Assembly: GCA_965223545.1 (NCBI GenBank)
Contig: OZ245006.1
Coordinates: 7,136,001 to 7,200,000, forward strand
Origin: Planctomycetota bacterium
GTDB taxonomy: Bacteria; Planctomycetota; UBA1135; UBA2386
Length of the DNA: 64,000 nt
Direction: 5' to 3'
The notes below the pieces were generated by a model that was given only the letters and a program-made list of their open reading frames with translations, was not told the origin of the DNA and did no database searches. The first letter of the stretch is position 1; each line of letters opens with the position of its first letter. A program made the translations under genes and the position numbers. Of the stretch, positions 53,337 to 62,800 are shown piece by piece.

Positions 53337-54398
53337 TCACTCGTCGATCACGGTGCTGTCGGGGTAGTAAGTGCGCCAGGCGGGCAGGTAGGTCGGGATG
53401 TAGGCGAACCGCCGCAGGTCGCTGGTGTCGCTCGCCCCGGTCGCCGTGCCGGTGTTCAGGTTCCAGCGGTCATCGCTGGCGGTCGCGCGCAGGGCACCGT
53501 CCGCGATCTCGATGGCGCGGCCACCGCTCTCGTAGACGAAGGCTGCGCCATCTGCGCTGCTCCACACCACGAGCAGCGGCGTGTCTTCGAGCACCACGTC
53601 GACCGTCCCGCGCGCCTGCAGGGCGGCCAGCGTGACGGCGGCGGTGGCGTCGCCGTGCCGCAGACCGATCGCCAGGGGGGTGCCGCGCACTGCGCCACGG
53701 CGCAAATCAGCGGCAGTGAAGTGCCAGGGCTTGCGGCGGACCGGCTCGAGATCGAGCACTGCGGTTTCGGGGTGCATCGCCTTCCAGGTGCCGAGTCCGA
53801 CTAACACCGACGGCAGCATCGTGAGCCGCGCTCCCTTGTGCGGTCCGGTGAGCGCCTCGCCGCGCAGCTGGCCCCACAGCGAGTCGGTCTGTGGATCCCA
53901 CATCACCAAATTGCGGACGTCGACGCCGGTAGAGCGGCTCTGCTCGACGCCGAGCAGGCGGCCGGAGACGCCGAGGTGGACGACTTGGTCATCGATGGTG
54001 CCGGCATAGACCATGCCGTTGAAGGTCAGCGGTCACCAATTGACGGCGAACGGAACACCGGCGACCTCGTCGTTGACGATCTCGCGCTGCGGGCCACCGA
54101 GCATCTTGATCGGGTAGGCGAACGCGCGGCCGCCGACCTCGAGGCCGATCACCAGGTCTTCGTCGGTGACGGTGTCCGCGACCGCGTCGGCGGTCGCGTA
54201 GTCGGCGCCGACCATCGGCAGCCACTTGAACGCCGTGTCGCCGCGCTCTGCGACCTGCGTGCCGGGCGCGTCGGCGGGCCATTTGGCCTCCACTTGTCGC
54301 TGTGCATCGGTCGGCCGTTCGCTGGGGCGTGAGGTCGGCTGAGAGGTCGGGACCTGCAGGCACATGGTGAGGGCGAGCAGGACGGAGGGCGTGGTCAT
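53337..54398 (-). CDS. DUF3179-family selenoprotein (in-frame UGA at 54035-54033 read as Sec)
   Basis: ORFs 54033-54398 and 53337-54014 are in the same frame. Read-through gives RAFAYP...REIVND..AGVPFAVNW-U-PLTFNG...GVSGRL...NLVMWD.QTDSLWGQ..GEALTG, with UGA aligned to the family's CPLC cysteine. Confidence 0.88.
54002..54018 (-). promoter_or_regulatory. Bacterial SECIS-like hairpin
   Basis: CGGCAU-GGUCU-AUGCCG; the G-initiated loop begins 20 nt after the UGA. Confidence 0.7.
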
Positions 54399-54482
54399 GT
54401 CGGGAGTTGGGGTTGGTAGACTGGTGCGGATACGGCGCCCGCGCGGGACCGTTCCGCACGGCGGTGGCTTTCTCCTCTGCCG

Positions 54483-55136
54483 CTATCGCGGTTCCAGTCT
54501 GCGCCAGCGCACCGGCCCGATCCACGCCTGCGTCGAGAAGGCGGCGATGCCGAGCGGCTTGCTGGCGTCGACCTCGGGCCGCAGCTCGAAGCGGTGGCCG
54601 GCGCGCGGTTGGTCGACGATCTCCGCGCCGTCCACCCAGGCGCGGACCCGGTCCGGGCCGACCTCGAGGCGCACCGCGTAGCGTTGGCCCCGGGAGTAGG
54701 TCCGGTAGCTGGTCGTCGCGTTGTCGGAGGCGTCGCGGCCGTCGACGCACGAGAGGCCGGTGACGGCGCCGCCCCAACCGCCGAGCACGAGCGTCAGGTG
54801 CGCATCGTCGACCGGAAACGTCAGGCCGCAGAAGAAGTCATCGCCGTCGAGCCGTGCGGCGGTGAGCTCGAGCTCGTACGGCACCTTGGGTAGAGCGCCG
54901 GCGTAGGTGACGCCGGTGAGCGGAGCGCCGAAGTCGAGCACCATTCCACCGTCGGCCAATCGAACCGCGTCCGGCCCGCCGAAGTTGCTGATCGACCAAC
55001 CATCCAGCGAGTTTCCATCGAACAGCACCTGCCACGGTTCCTTCGGTGGGGCGACGGCCGCCGGAATGGGCGCCGGGGGAAGGCTGCTGCACGCCGCGAG
55101 CGCGCAGAGGGCGGCCGACGCTGCCGCGCGCCTCAT
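54483..55136 (-). CDS. DUF1080 (3-keto-disaccharide hydrolase-like) lipoprotein
   Basis: Lipobox LAAC; WQVLFDGNSLDGW; GDDFFCGLTFPV; LGGWGG..TGLS. ATG overlaps the upstream stop. Confidence 0.85.
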   Translation of the reverse strand: MRRAAASAALCALAACSSLPPAPIPAAVAPPKEPWQVLFDGNSLDGWSISNFGGPDAVRLADGGMVLDFGAPLTGVTYAGALPKVPYELELTAARLDGDDFFCGLTFPVDDAHLTLVLGGWGGAVTGLSCVDGRDASDNATTSYRTYSRGQRYAVRLEVGPDRVRAWVDGAEIVDQPRAGHRFELRPEVDASKPLGIAAFSTQAWIGPVRWRRLEPR

Positions 55137-55999
55137 CGCGAGGCGGGAGCCAGCTTGCGACGCAGGGTGAGCAGCGGTCGCACCGCCATGGAGAACCAAG
55201 CGGTGTGTGCGTGGTACTGGATCCCCGGCGTCGGAAAGTGGAACCGCTTCAGCTTGGATGGCCAGAAGAACGTGATGTTGAAGTTGAACTCGGCGCAGCC
55301 AGTCGTGTGCCACCAGTGCACGGGGATGTAGAGCACCTCGCCCTCGTGCAGAGTGAAGGTGTAGGGCTGCGCGTCGGCAAACTTCGGAAAGCGCTCGAGG
55401 TCGGGGTTGCGCGGGTCGACTTGGCTGAACTGGTAGCGCTCGGTGTACCACGGATGTGCGTATAGACGTCGCCAGTCCTTCGGCGAGAACAGCGTCACTT
55501 CCTTGTCCGACCGCAGCTGGCACAGCAGTGCCTCGGTGTGGCCGTGGTAGTGGCAGGGCATGAAGGTGTGTTTGCCCATGAACATCGCCGGCTCGACGTC
55601 GCCCACGTACTGCGACAAGTCGACGTCGGCGAGCAGCTCGCGCGACACGTTGGCCAGCGGCTGTTCGGTGAGGTAGTAGCGCGGGTCCGGATCGCCGCCG
55701 GTGAGGCGGTCGACGAGCTCGCCGAAGCGCATGCGGAGCTCGACCCGACCCGGCTGATTGAACCAGGTGAAGAAATCGGCGTGGTCCTGGTACGGCACGC
55801 GGACCATCGAGTCGCCGGCGACCGCCCGGAAGTAGTCGGGGCCCCACTTCTCCATCGCCGGCCAACCGTCGGTGACACCGCGCAGGATCACTGGCCGACC
55901 TCGATCGATGTAGTCGCGCTGGAGGATCTCCAGCGACGGGCGATCGAGGCGGTCGACGGTGCGGGGCTGGGGGCCGGCGGCGGCAGGAGTCGTGGTCAT
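55133..55999 (-). CDS. JmjC/cupin-8-like 2-oxoglutarate oxygenase family protein
   Basis: PVILRG...WPAMEKW, PCHYH, K.VTLF.P, FSQVD..NPDLERFP, LHEGEVLYIPVHWWH. Confidence 0.88.
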   Translation of the reverse strand: MTTTPAAAGPQPRTVDRLDRPSLEILQRDYIDRGRPVILRGVTDGWPAMEKWGPDYFRAVAGDSMVRVPYQDHADFFTWFNQPGRVELRMRFGELVDRLTGGDPDPRYYLTEQPLANVSRELLADVDLSQYVGDVEPAMFMGKHTFMPCHYHGHTEALLCQLRSDKEVTLFSPKDWRRLYAHPWYTERYQFSQVDPRNPDLERFPKFADAQPYTFTLHEGEVLYIPVHWWHTTGCAEFNFNITFFWPSKLKRFHFPTPGIQYHAHTAWFSMAVRPLLTLRRKLAPASR

Positions 56000-56084
56000 G
56001 GGGGCGCCCCACGGAGTGACGGGGTGCACCCAAGCATACCGCGCTGCCGGGGCGGTCGCATGCGGGGGCGCGGAAGGCCCTCCC

Positions 56085-56984
56085 TCACGTGCGCGGGAAG
56101 GTGGCGCGGTCGATCGCCGACAGCTGCTCGGCCGTCAACCGCAGCCCGGCTGCTCCGATCGAGTCGAGGGCGTTCTGGGTGCTGCGCGCCGCGGGGATCG
56201 GAATCACGTTGTCACCCTGCGCCAACACCCAAGCGAGGACCACCGCGTGCGGCGAAGCGCCGGCCTGCGCGGCAACCTGCTGCACGACGGCGTGCTCGGG
56301 GATGCGATGGGCCAGCAGACCACCGACCGGACTGAAGGCGAGCAAGCCGATCCCGTGCCGCTCGCAGTGCGCGCGCAGGCTCTTGCGATACCACCGCGGC
56401 CTGCGGATCGACATGCGAAAGAACGGGTTGACGATGTTCTGTACCGATTGGATCGGCACGATCCGGCGGGCCGCCTCGATCTGTGGCACGGTCACGTTGG
56501 AGAGGCCGACCCAGCGGATCAGGCCGCGCTGGCGCAGCTCCGCGAGCGCGCCGACGCTGTCGGTGAACGGCACCGCCGGGTCCGGACCGTGCAGCTGGTA
56601 GAGGTCGATGCGTTCGACGCCGAGTGCCTGCAGTGATTGTTCGCAGGCGCGGTGCAGGTGCTCCGGCCGGCCGTTGACTTGCCAGCGGTCGGGCGACGGC
56701 TTGGTCGAGCCACCCTTGGTGGCCACGATCACCTCGTCGGCGTCCCCCGACCAGGTGCGTAGAGCTTTGGCGACCAAGCGCTCGTTGTGGCCCACCTCAC
56801 TGTTGTCGAGGCAGTAGCAATCGGCGGTGTCGATCAGCCGCACACCGGCGTCCAGCACTGCGTGCAGCACGCCGATGGCGACGTCCTCGGTAGGGCGGTC
56901 AGCCAGCGAAAGCGGCATGGCGCCGAAACCGGGGGTCGGAATTGTCGGGGCGTCGGGACCCAGCGAGCGTTGCAGCATCGCCAC
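56085..56984 (-). CDS. Aldo/keto reductase
   Basis: GFGAMPLS, IDTADCY, ATKGG, IDLYQLH, GLSNV, SVQN. Confidence 0.92.
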   Translation of the reverse strand: MAMLQRSLGPDAPTIPTPGFGAMPLSLADRPTEDVAIGVLHAVLDAGVRLIDTADCYCLDNSEVGHNERLVAKALRTWSGDADEVIVATKGGSTKPSPDRWQVNGRPEHLHRACEQSLQALGVERIDLYQLHGPDPAVPFTDSVGALAELRQRGLIRWVGLSNVTVPQIEAARRIVPIQSVQNIVNPFFRMSIRRPRWYRKSLRAHCERHGIGLLAFSPVGGLLAHRIPEHAVVQQVAAQAGASPHAVVLAWVLAQGDNVIPIPAARSTQNALDSIGAAGLRLTAEQLSAIDRATFPRT

Positions 56985-57048
56985 CCATGGTCGGCGCGCC
57001 GCCGGGAGCCGTCAACGCGCCGTCGGCCGCTCGAAGACTCTAGGCCCC

Positions 57049-59220
57049 TCAGGGTGACGCCGTCAGCGCCTCGAGCAGTTGGTCCTGTGGCTGCCGGCTG
57101 CCACCGGTGCGGCGGTAGGAGCCGTCGGCCTGCAGGTCCCAGCCATCGACGTCCTCGCCGAGGTAGACCTCGAGGCCCTCGTGCAGCACGCGCTGCCGCA
57201 GTACCGGGTCCTCGATCGGAAAGGCGAGCTCGATCCGCCGGAAGAAGTTGCGCGGCATCCAGTCGGCGCTGGCCAGGTAGGTCAGGCGCTTGCCGCCGGC
57301 GTGGAAGTGGTAGATGCGGTGGTGCTCGAGAAAGCGGCCGAGCACCGAGCGGACGCGGATGTTGTCCGACAGACCCGGCAGACCGGGCCGCAGACAACAG
57401 ATACCGCGCACCACGAGGTCGACTTCGACCCCGGCCTGCGACGCGCGGTAGAGCGCGGCGATCACGTCGGGCTCGATCAGCGCGTTCATCTTGGCGCGGA
57501 TCCTCGCCGGTTGACCGGCGGCGGCGGCGGCGGTCTCGCGCTCGATCAGGTCCATGACCAGCGCGTGCAGCGCGAACGGAGCCTGCACGGCCTTGCGCAG
57601 TGGCCGCACCGCGCCCAGCCCGGTGAGCTGTTGGAACAGCTCGTGCGCGTCCGCCGTCAGGTCGGGGTCGCAGGTCAGCAGGCCGAAATCGGTGTACGAA
57701 CCCGTCGTCTTGTAGTGGTAGTTGCCGGTGCCGAGATGGACGTAGCGGCGGATGCCATCCGCCTCGCGGCGGACGATCAGCACCATCTTGGCGTGCGTCT
57801 TGAAGCCGCCGACGCCGTACACCACCTTTGCGCCCACATCCTGCAGTCGCATCGCGGTGTCGATGTTCTGTTCCTCGTCGAACCGCGCGCGCAGCTCGAT
57901 CACCGCGGTGACCTCCTTGCCGTTGCGAGCCGCTTGCAGCAGAGCCTCGGTGAACGGCGAATCGCGGCCGGTGCGGTAGAGGGTCGCCTTGATCGCCAGC
58001 ACGTCGGGGTCGCTGGCCGCCCGGCGCACGAGATCGACGACCGGCTCGAAGGGCTGGAATGGGTGGTGCAGCAGGACGTCGTTGGCGCGGATCGCGGCGA
58101 ACGGGTCCTCGAGCATCGCCGCTCCACCGGGCGGCTGCGGCCGGAAGCGCGGGAACTTGAGCTCCGGCCGGTCGACCAGATCGTACAGCGCTGAGAGGCG
58201 ATGCATGTTGACCGGTCCGTCGACCCGGTACAGATCGTCCTCGCCGAGGCCGAACTCGCGCAGTAGCTGCTGCTGGATCTCTGGCGGGCAGGTCTCGTCT
58301 ACCTCCAGCCGGACCGAGTTGCCGTAGCGCCGCCGCGGCAGCTCGCCTTGCAGGGCGCGCAGCAGGTCGTCGATCTCCTCCTCGTTGAGCCACAGATTGC
58401 TGTCGCGGGTGACCCGGAACGCGTGGCAGCCGCGCACTGTCATGCCCGGAAACAGCAGATCCACGTTGGCGCGGATCATGCTGGACAGGGTCACGAATGC
58501 CTCGCCGCCCGCCGGCATCGGTGCGGGGACGGCGATCAGTCGCGGCAGCAGGCGCGGCGCCTGGACCACCGCGACGCGGCTGTCGCGGTCGTAGCCGTCC
58601 ACGCCCTCGAGCGTGACCAGGAAGTTGAGGCTCTTGTTGACGATGGCCGGAAACGGGTGTGAGGGGTCGAGGCCGACCGGCGTCAGCACCGGCAGGACTT
58701 CGCGCTCGAAGGCGGCCGAGATGGCGCGGTGCATGGAGGCGTTCCACTCCGAACTCGACAAGACGTGAATGCCGTGCTCGGCGAGCGCGGGCAAGATCTC
58801 GCGGTTGAGCAGCGCGTACTGCTCGGCGACCAGCTGTTTGGCGCGGCGGCTCACCTGGTCCAGAACCTCGAGCGAGCTGTCCTCGTGGTGGGTCGAGTCG
58901 GTGATTCCCAGCGCGATGCGCTGCCGCAGCCCGGCGACGCGCACCTCGAAGAACTCGTCGAGGTTGGTCGAGCAGATGGCGAGGAACTGCAGCCGCTCGA
59001 GGAGTGGCAGGCGCACGTCCTCGGCCAGGGCCAGCACGCGCCGGTTGAACTCGAGCAGGCTGATCTCGCGGTTGATCAGCTGGCTGCGGTCGAGGGCGAT
59101 CCGCGGTTGCTGTCGCCGTTCGTCACCGTCGCCGACGCCCGCCGCGGCGGAGGACGCGGGTGCGCCGCGGTCTGGTGCGCGGTCCGGTGTGCCGTTGCGC
59201 GGCTCGCGGGAAGTGCTCAC
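57049..59220 (-). CDS. ppk1: Polyphosphate kinase 1
   Basis: NREISLLEFNRRVL, NLDEFFEVRVAGL, LLHHPF, ELRARFDE, KTHAK, GTGNY, RFLEH, SADWMPRN. Confidence 0.96.
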   Translation of the reverse strand: MSTSREPRNGTPDRAPDRGAPASSAAAGVGDGDERRQQPRIALDRSQLINREISLLEFNRRVLALAEDVRLPLLERLQFLAICSTNLDEFFEVRVAGLRQRIALGITDSTHHEDSSLEVLDQVSRRAKQLVAEQYALLNREILPALAEHGIHVLSSSEWNASMHRAISAAFEREVLPVLTPVGLDPSHPFPAIVNKSLNFLVTLEGVDGYDRDSRVAVVQAPRLLPRLIAVPAPMPAGGEAFVTLSSMIRANVDLLFPGMTVRGCHAFRVTRDSNLWLNEEEIDDLLRALQGELPRRRYGNSVRLEVDETCPPEIQQQLLREFGLGEDDLYRVDGPVNMHRLSALYDLVDRPELKFPRFRPQPPGGAAMLEDPFAAIRANDVLLHHPFQPFEPVVDLVRRAASDPDVLAIKATLYRTGRDSPFTEALLQAARNGKEVTAVIELRARFDEEQNIDTAMRLQDVGAKVVYGVGGFKTHAKMVLIVRREADGIRRYVHLGTGNYHYKTTGSYTDFGLLTCDPDLTADAHELFQQLTGLGAVRPLRKAVQAPFALHALVMDLIERETAAAAAGQPARIRAKMNALIEPDVIAALYRASQAGVEVDLVVRGICCLRPGLPGLSDNIRVRSVLGRFLEHHRIYHFHAGGKRLTYLASADWMPRNFFRRIELAFPIEDPVLRQRVLHEGLEVYLGEDVDGWDLQADGSYRRTGGSRQPQDQLLEALTASP

Positions 59221-59350
59221 GGTGGCGGCAGTGTACAGGCGAAACTACTAGGAGGCGGTTGGAGCCACCCGGGCTGGGCGAAACGTCGCGCGGTCTCGGC
59301 TTCTGCGCGCTTTCCCCTGTGGATACGTTGCCCGCCACCGGAGGCTTCTA

Positions 59351-59791
59351 CTGCAGACTTTCGACCATCGACGCTACGGAGCCGTGCCGATTCGCGTCAA
59401 CGCCCGCGGCGCGGTCGAGATCCTGCTGGTGCGCACCAGCGCGGGTCGCTGGATCATTCCCAAGGGGAAGCGCGAGGCCGGTGAATCGGCGAAGCGTGCC
59501 GCGCGGCGCGAGTGCCGCGAGGAGGCCGGCGTCGATGGCGTGATCATCGGCTCCTCCATCCACGTCGAGCTCGAAGCCCTGGCCGGGCCCGCCGGGCCGG
59601 AGAGCGCACAGCACCTACAGGTCTATTGCCTGCTGGTCGACGACGACGGCTTTCGACCCGAGCCAGCGCGCGAGCCGCGCTGGTTCAAGCCCAAGGCCGC
59701 CAAGCGGGCGCTCGCCGAGCGGCGGCGCCGGCCGACGGCCAAGGCGTTGGCGGCGATGATCGATTGGGCGGTGATGGGCGTGCGCGATTGA
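59351..59791 (+). CDS. NUDIX hydrolase (DIPP/Ap6A-like subfamily), probably starting at a CTG codon
   Basis: WIIPKG plus Nudix box G.REAGESAKRAARRECREEAG. GGAGG lies 6 nt before CTG 59351. Alternative start GTG 59384. Confidence 0.8.
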   Translation: MQTFDHRRYGAVPIRVNARGAVEILLVRTSAGRWIIPKGKREAGESAKRAARRECREEAGVDGVIIGSSIHVELEALAGPAGPESAQHLQVYCLLVDDDGFRPEPAREPRWFKPKAAKRALAERRRRPTAKALAAMIDWAVMGVRD

Positions 59792-59801
59792 GTGCGGTGC
59801 C

Positions 59802-62800
59802 TCAGCCGGCCCGCCGCAACCAGTCCTCGGCGACCCGCCGCAAGTCGTCTCCGTCGCCCGGCTCGTCGTTGCCGAAGTAGCGCCGCTCGATGTCGTCGAT
59901 CGTCTGGCGGAGCTCGCCGTGGGTCGCGTCGGACAGCCCGCCGCAGCGCTGCAGGTCGCGCAGCAGGCCGAGGACGGTGAACGGCGTGATCGTGTCGGGC
60001 AAGGTCCTGCCGGCGGCCACCGGAGCGCGCCGCGCACTGCGCAACCCGTGCCAGAGCAGCAAGGCCAGCAAGGCCAAGAGCAGGGCGCCGCCGACGAGCC
60101 AGGGCCAACGGCTGCTGGGCTCGCCGTAGCGCTCGTCGAGGTTGGCGACGCGCTCGGCGGTCACCAGGTCGGCGTCGGCATAGCGCTGGTAGACGACCTC
60201 GGTGAGCGAGTCGGTGGCCTCGGCGAACTCGAACGTGGTGGGGTGCGCCGGCAGACCGGGCTTGGCCTGCAGCGTGACCATCCACGTGCGCTCGGAGATC
60301 ACCGCCTCCTGGCCCTCGTCGAACTGTGAGACCAAGACGCCCCGGTCGTCGACCTTCTGCACGTCGAACTCGCTCGGCGCCAAGTCCACGATCTCCTCGA
60401 GATCGGGCACCAGCCCCTTGGCGGTTCCCTTGATTTCGAGAACGAGCACGCCCTCGTCGGCGCGGCGTTCGTCGAGGATCTGGGTGACCTCGAGGTCCTC
60501 GTACGGCCGCGGCTCGGCAACCGTGGAGCTGGCATCGATGGCGACGGGGGCCGAGCCCACCGGCAGCACGGCGTAGCCGGACGTGTCGAGGAAGTCCATG
60601 TCGAGCTGCAGCGTGGGGATCGTGTCGATCTGCGGTCCGCGCGCGCGCAGCAGCAGATAGGCGTAGGGCGTGACCCGCCAGCCGTACTCCTCGGTGGCCT
60701 TGGAGTGCACGTCTTCGCTGTTGAACGTCACCGACAGCACCTCGAAGTGCTCCATCAGCGCGCGGCTGGCCGCCTCTTGGAACTTGTCGCGGTAGTTCTC
60801 CGTCGGCCGGCCGTAGTTGTAGGCGTACGGCGTGTTGTTCTGGTTCTGCAGGTACTTGGCGAAGCCGCCGCTCTCGCGCTCGATCTCTCGAGTGTGGCGC
60901 AAGTCGATGCGCACGCCGAACGGCTCGGTGCCGACGCGGCTGTCGCCGTCGACGTTCGCCACCAGCTGGATCTCGGTGACCAGGTCGCTGTAGTAGTCGA
61001 ACACCTTGCGCGCCTCGTGCGCCGCCGGGTGGTCGCCGACGATGGCAAAGCCGTGCTCCAGGTAGCGGTGCTTGACCTGCGGGCGCACTGCGCTGAGGCG
61101 GTTGAAAAGGCTGGACGCGAACTTGGCGCGGTGGCGCTCACCGATCTCGCCGGGCAGCGCGGCAAGCGAGTCGCGGATCATGCCGATGTGGCGCGGAACG
61201 GCGGTGCTGCGTTCGTCGAGCTGGCTCAGCTCGCAGCTGCCCAGGGCCGCGTAGAACCAGGTCTCGAACGCCTCGGTCGACTCGTCTTCCTGCGACATGT
61301 CGGTGGTCGCCTCGGTGTAGAGGCGGGCGGCCTCGACGAACTGCTGCAGCGCAGCGAGTCGCCGGGGGGCGAACTCGGAGCTCTTCTGCGCCTCCTGGCG
61401 GAAGTCGTTCTCGTCGTGGGCGAGCGCCGCGTCGGCGACGTGCAAGGCCCATTCGTCGGGATGCCGGGTCAACGCCTGGGCGATGACTTCGCGGGCGACG
61501 CTGTAGCCGCGCAGCACTTCCTGCTGGAGGTCTTTCTGTCGCCGTTTGGTCTTGTTCTGTTCTTGGACGGCGGGCTGCCGCCAGACGCTCACCAAGTTGC
61601 TGCGCATCTGCTGCACGAGCTTCGCCAGGGTCTGGGGCTCGATTGCGTCGAGCTCGCCGAACACCTCGCGCACGGCCTCGAGGCGGTAGACCTCCGCTTG
61701 GCTGTGGCTGGCGGTGAATGCCGACACCAGCAGCTGCTCGTCGAGGTCCTCGATCGGCAGGCTCCGCAGCTTGCGCACCCAGCCGGCGAGATCCTTGAGG
61801 TTGCGCTGCTGCTTGGAGCGGGTCAGCGGAATGCCGTTGGCGCGCTGGTTGAATCCGTACATGAACATGTACGGATCCGTCATGTTGTTGCTGTTGGGGT
61901 TGTGGTTCTTGGTCCACACCCGCAGGAACTCTTCGGCGAGCTCGCCGGCGGCTTCGGCGTGGGTGGCGGCCAGCTTCTCGATGAATGGGAACGCCAGCGC
62001 CTCTTCGTTGACCTTGAGGTAGAGCTTGGCGACCACGGTGGCGAAGCGCGGCGTCAAGCTGTCGTCGAGCTGGGCCTGCCAGGCCTCGCTGGGGGTGATC
62101 TTGAGCAGCTCGCCCGGATCGATCGCGCGCACCGGGGATTGCGGGCCGCGGTTGCCGCTGTAGCCGATGTAGAAGATGTTGCCATAGGCGTCGCGCTGCA
62201 TGCGGGGGCCCAGGCTCTCGGCGCTGGAAAAGCGATACGCGTGGTTGGCCTCGGCCAGCCAGTTGGCCGCCAGCAGGTTCAGGCTGGGACGCCACTCGCG
62301 GGCGCGCTCCGGTGCTCGGCCGAGTAGGGCCTCGACCGCCGTCTGCTGCAGCTGCAGGCCAGTCAGGCGCCAGCTGGTCGCCTGGGCGTGGGTCTCCATC
62401 GCCTTGGATGCCTGTGCGCCGATGGTGGCGATCACTTCCATGCCGCGCTCGGGGCGCTCGGTGAAGCTCTCGGCGAGCCACGCCTCGCCCAGCTCCTCGC
62501 GAATCTTCGGTGCCAACTCGACAGCGCGCCGCAGCGCCTCTTGCTTGGCGTCTTCTTCGATCTCGCCGTCGGCGAGCGCCGCCTGCACGATGTGCCAGGC
62601 GTCTTCGAGGTGGGCGACTTTCTGCTCGCGGCCGTACAGCGCGAGGTGGTAGCGCGAGAGCAAATTGAGGGCCTCGCGGTCGTTGGCCGCAACCGCCGCT
62701 TCGCGGTCGGGCAAGAACTCGCCGAGAAAGCGGTCGTTGCCGGTCGCCGCGAGGAGGAGCGCGGCGTGGCGGTCCTGCACGACGCGCTCCGCTTGGTCGC

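Noticed and set aside
59318..59326. DnaA-box-like TGTGGATAC between ppk1 and the NUDIX gene
   Set aside because: A single 8/9 match with no cluster or AT-rich unwinding region.
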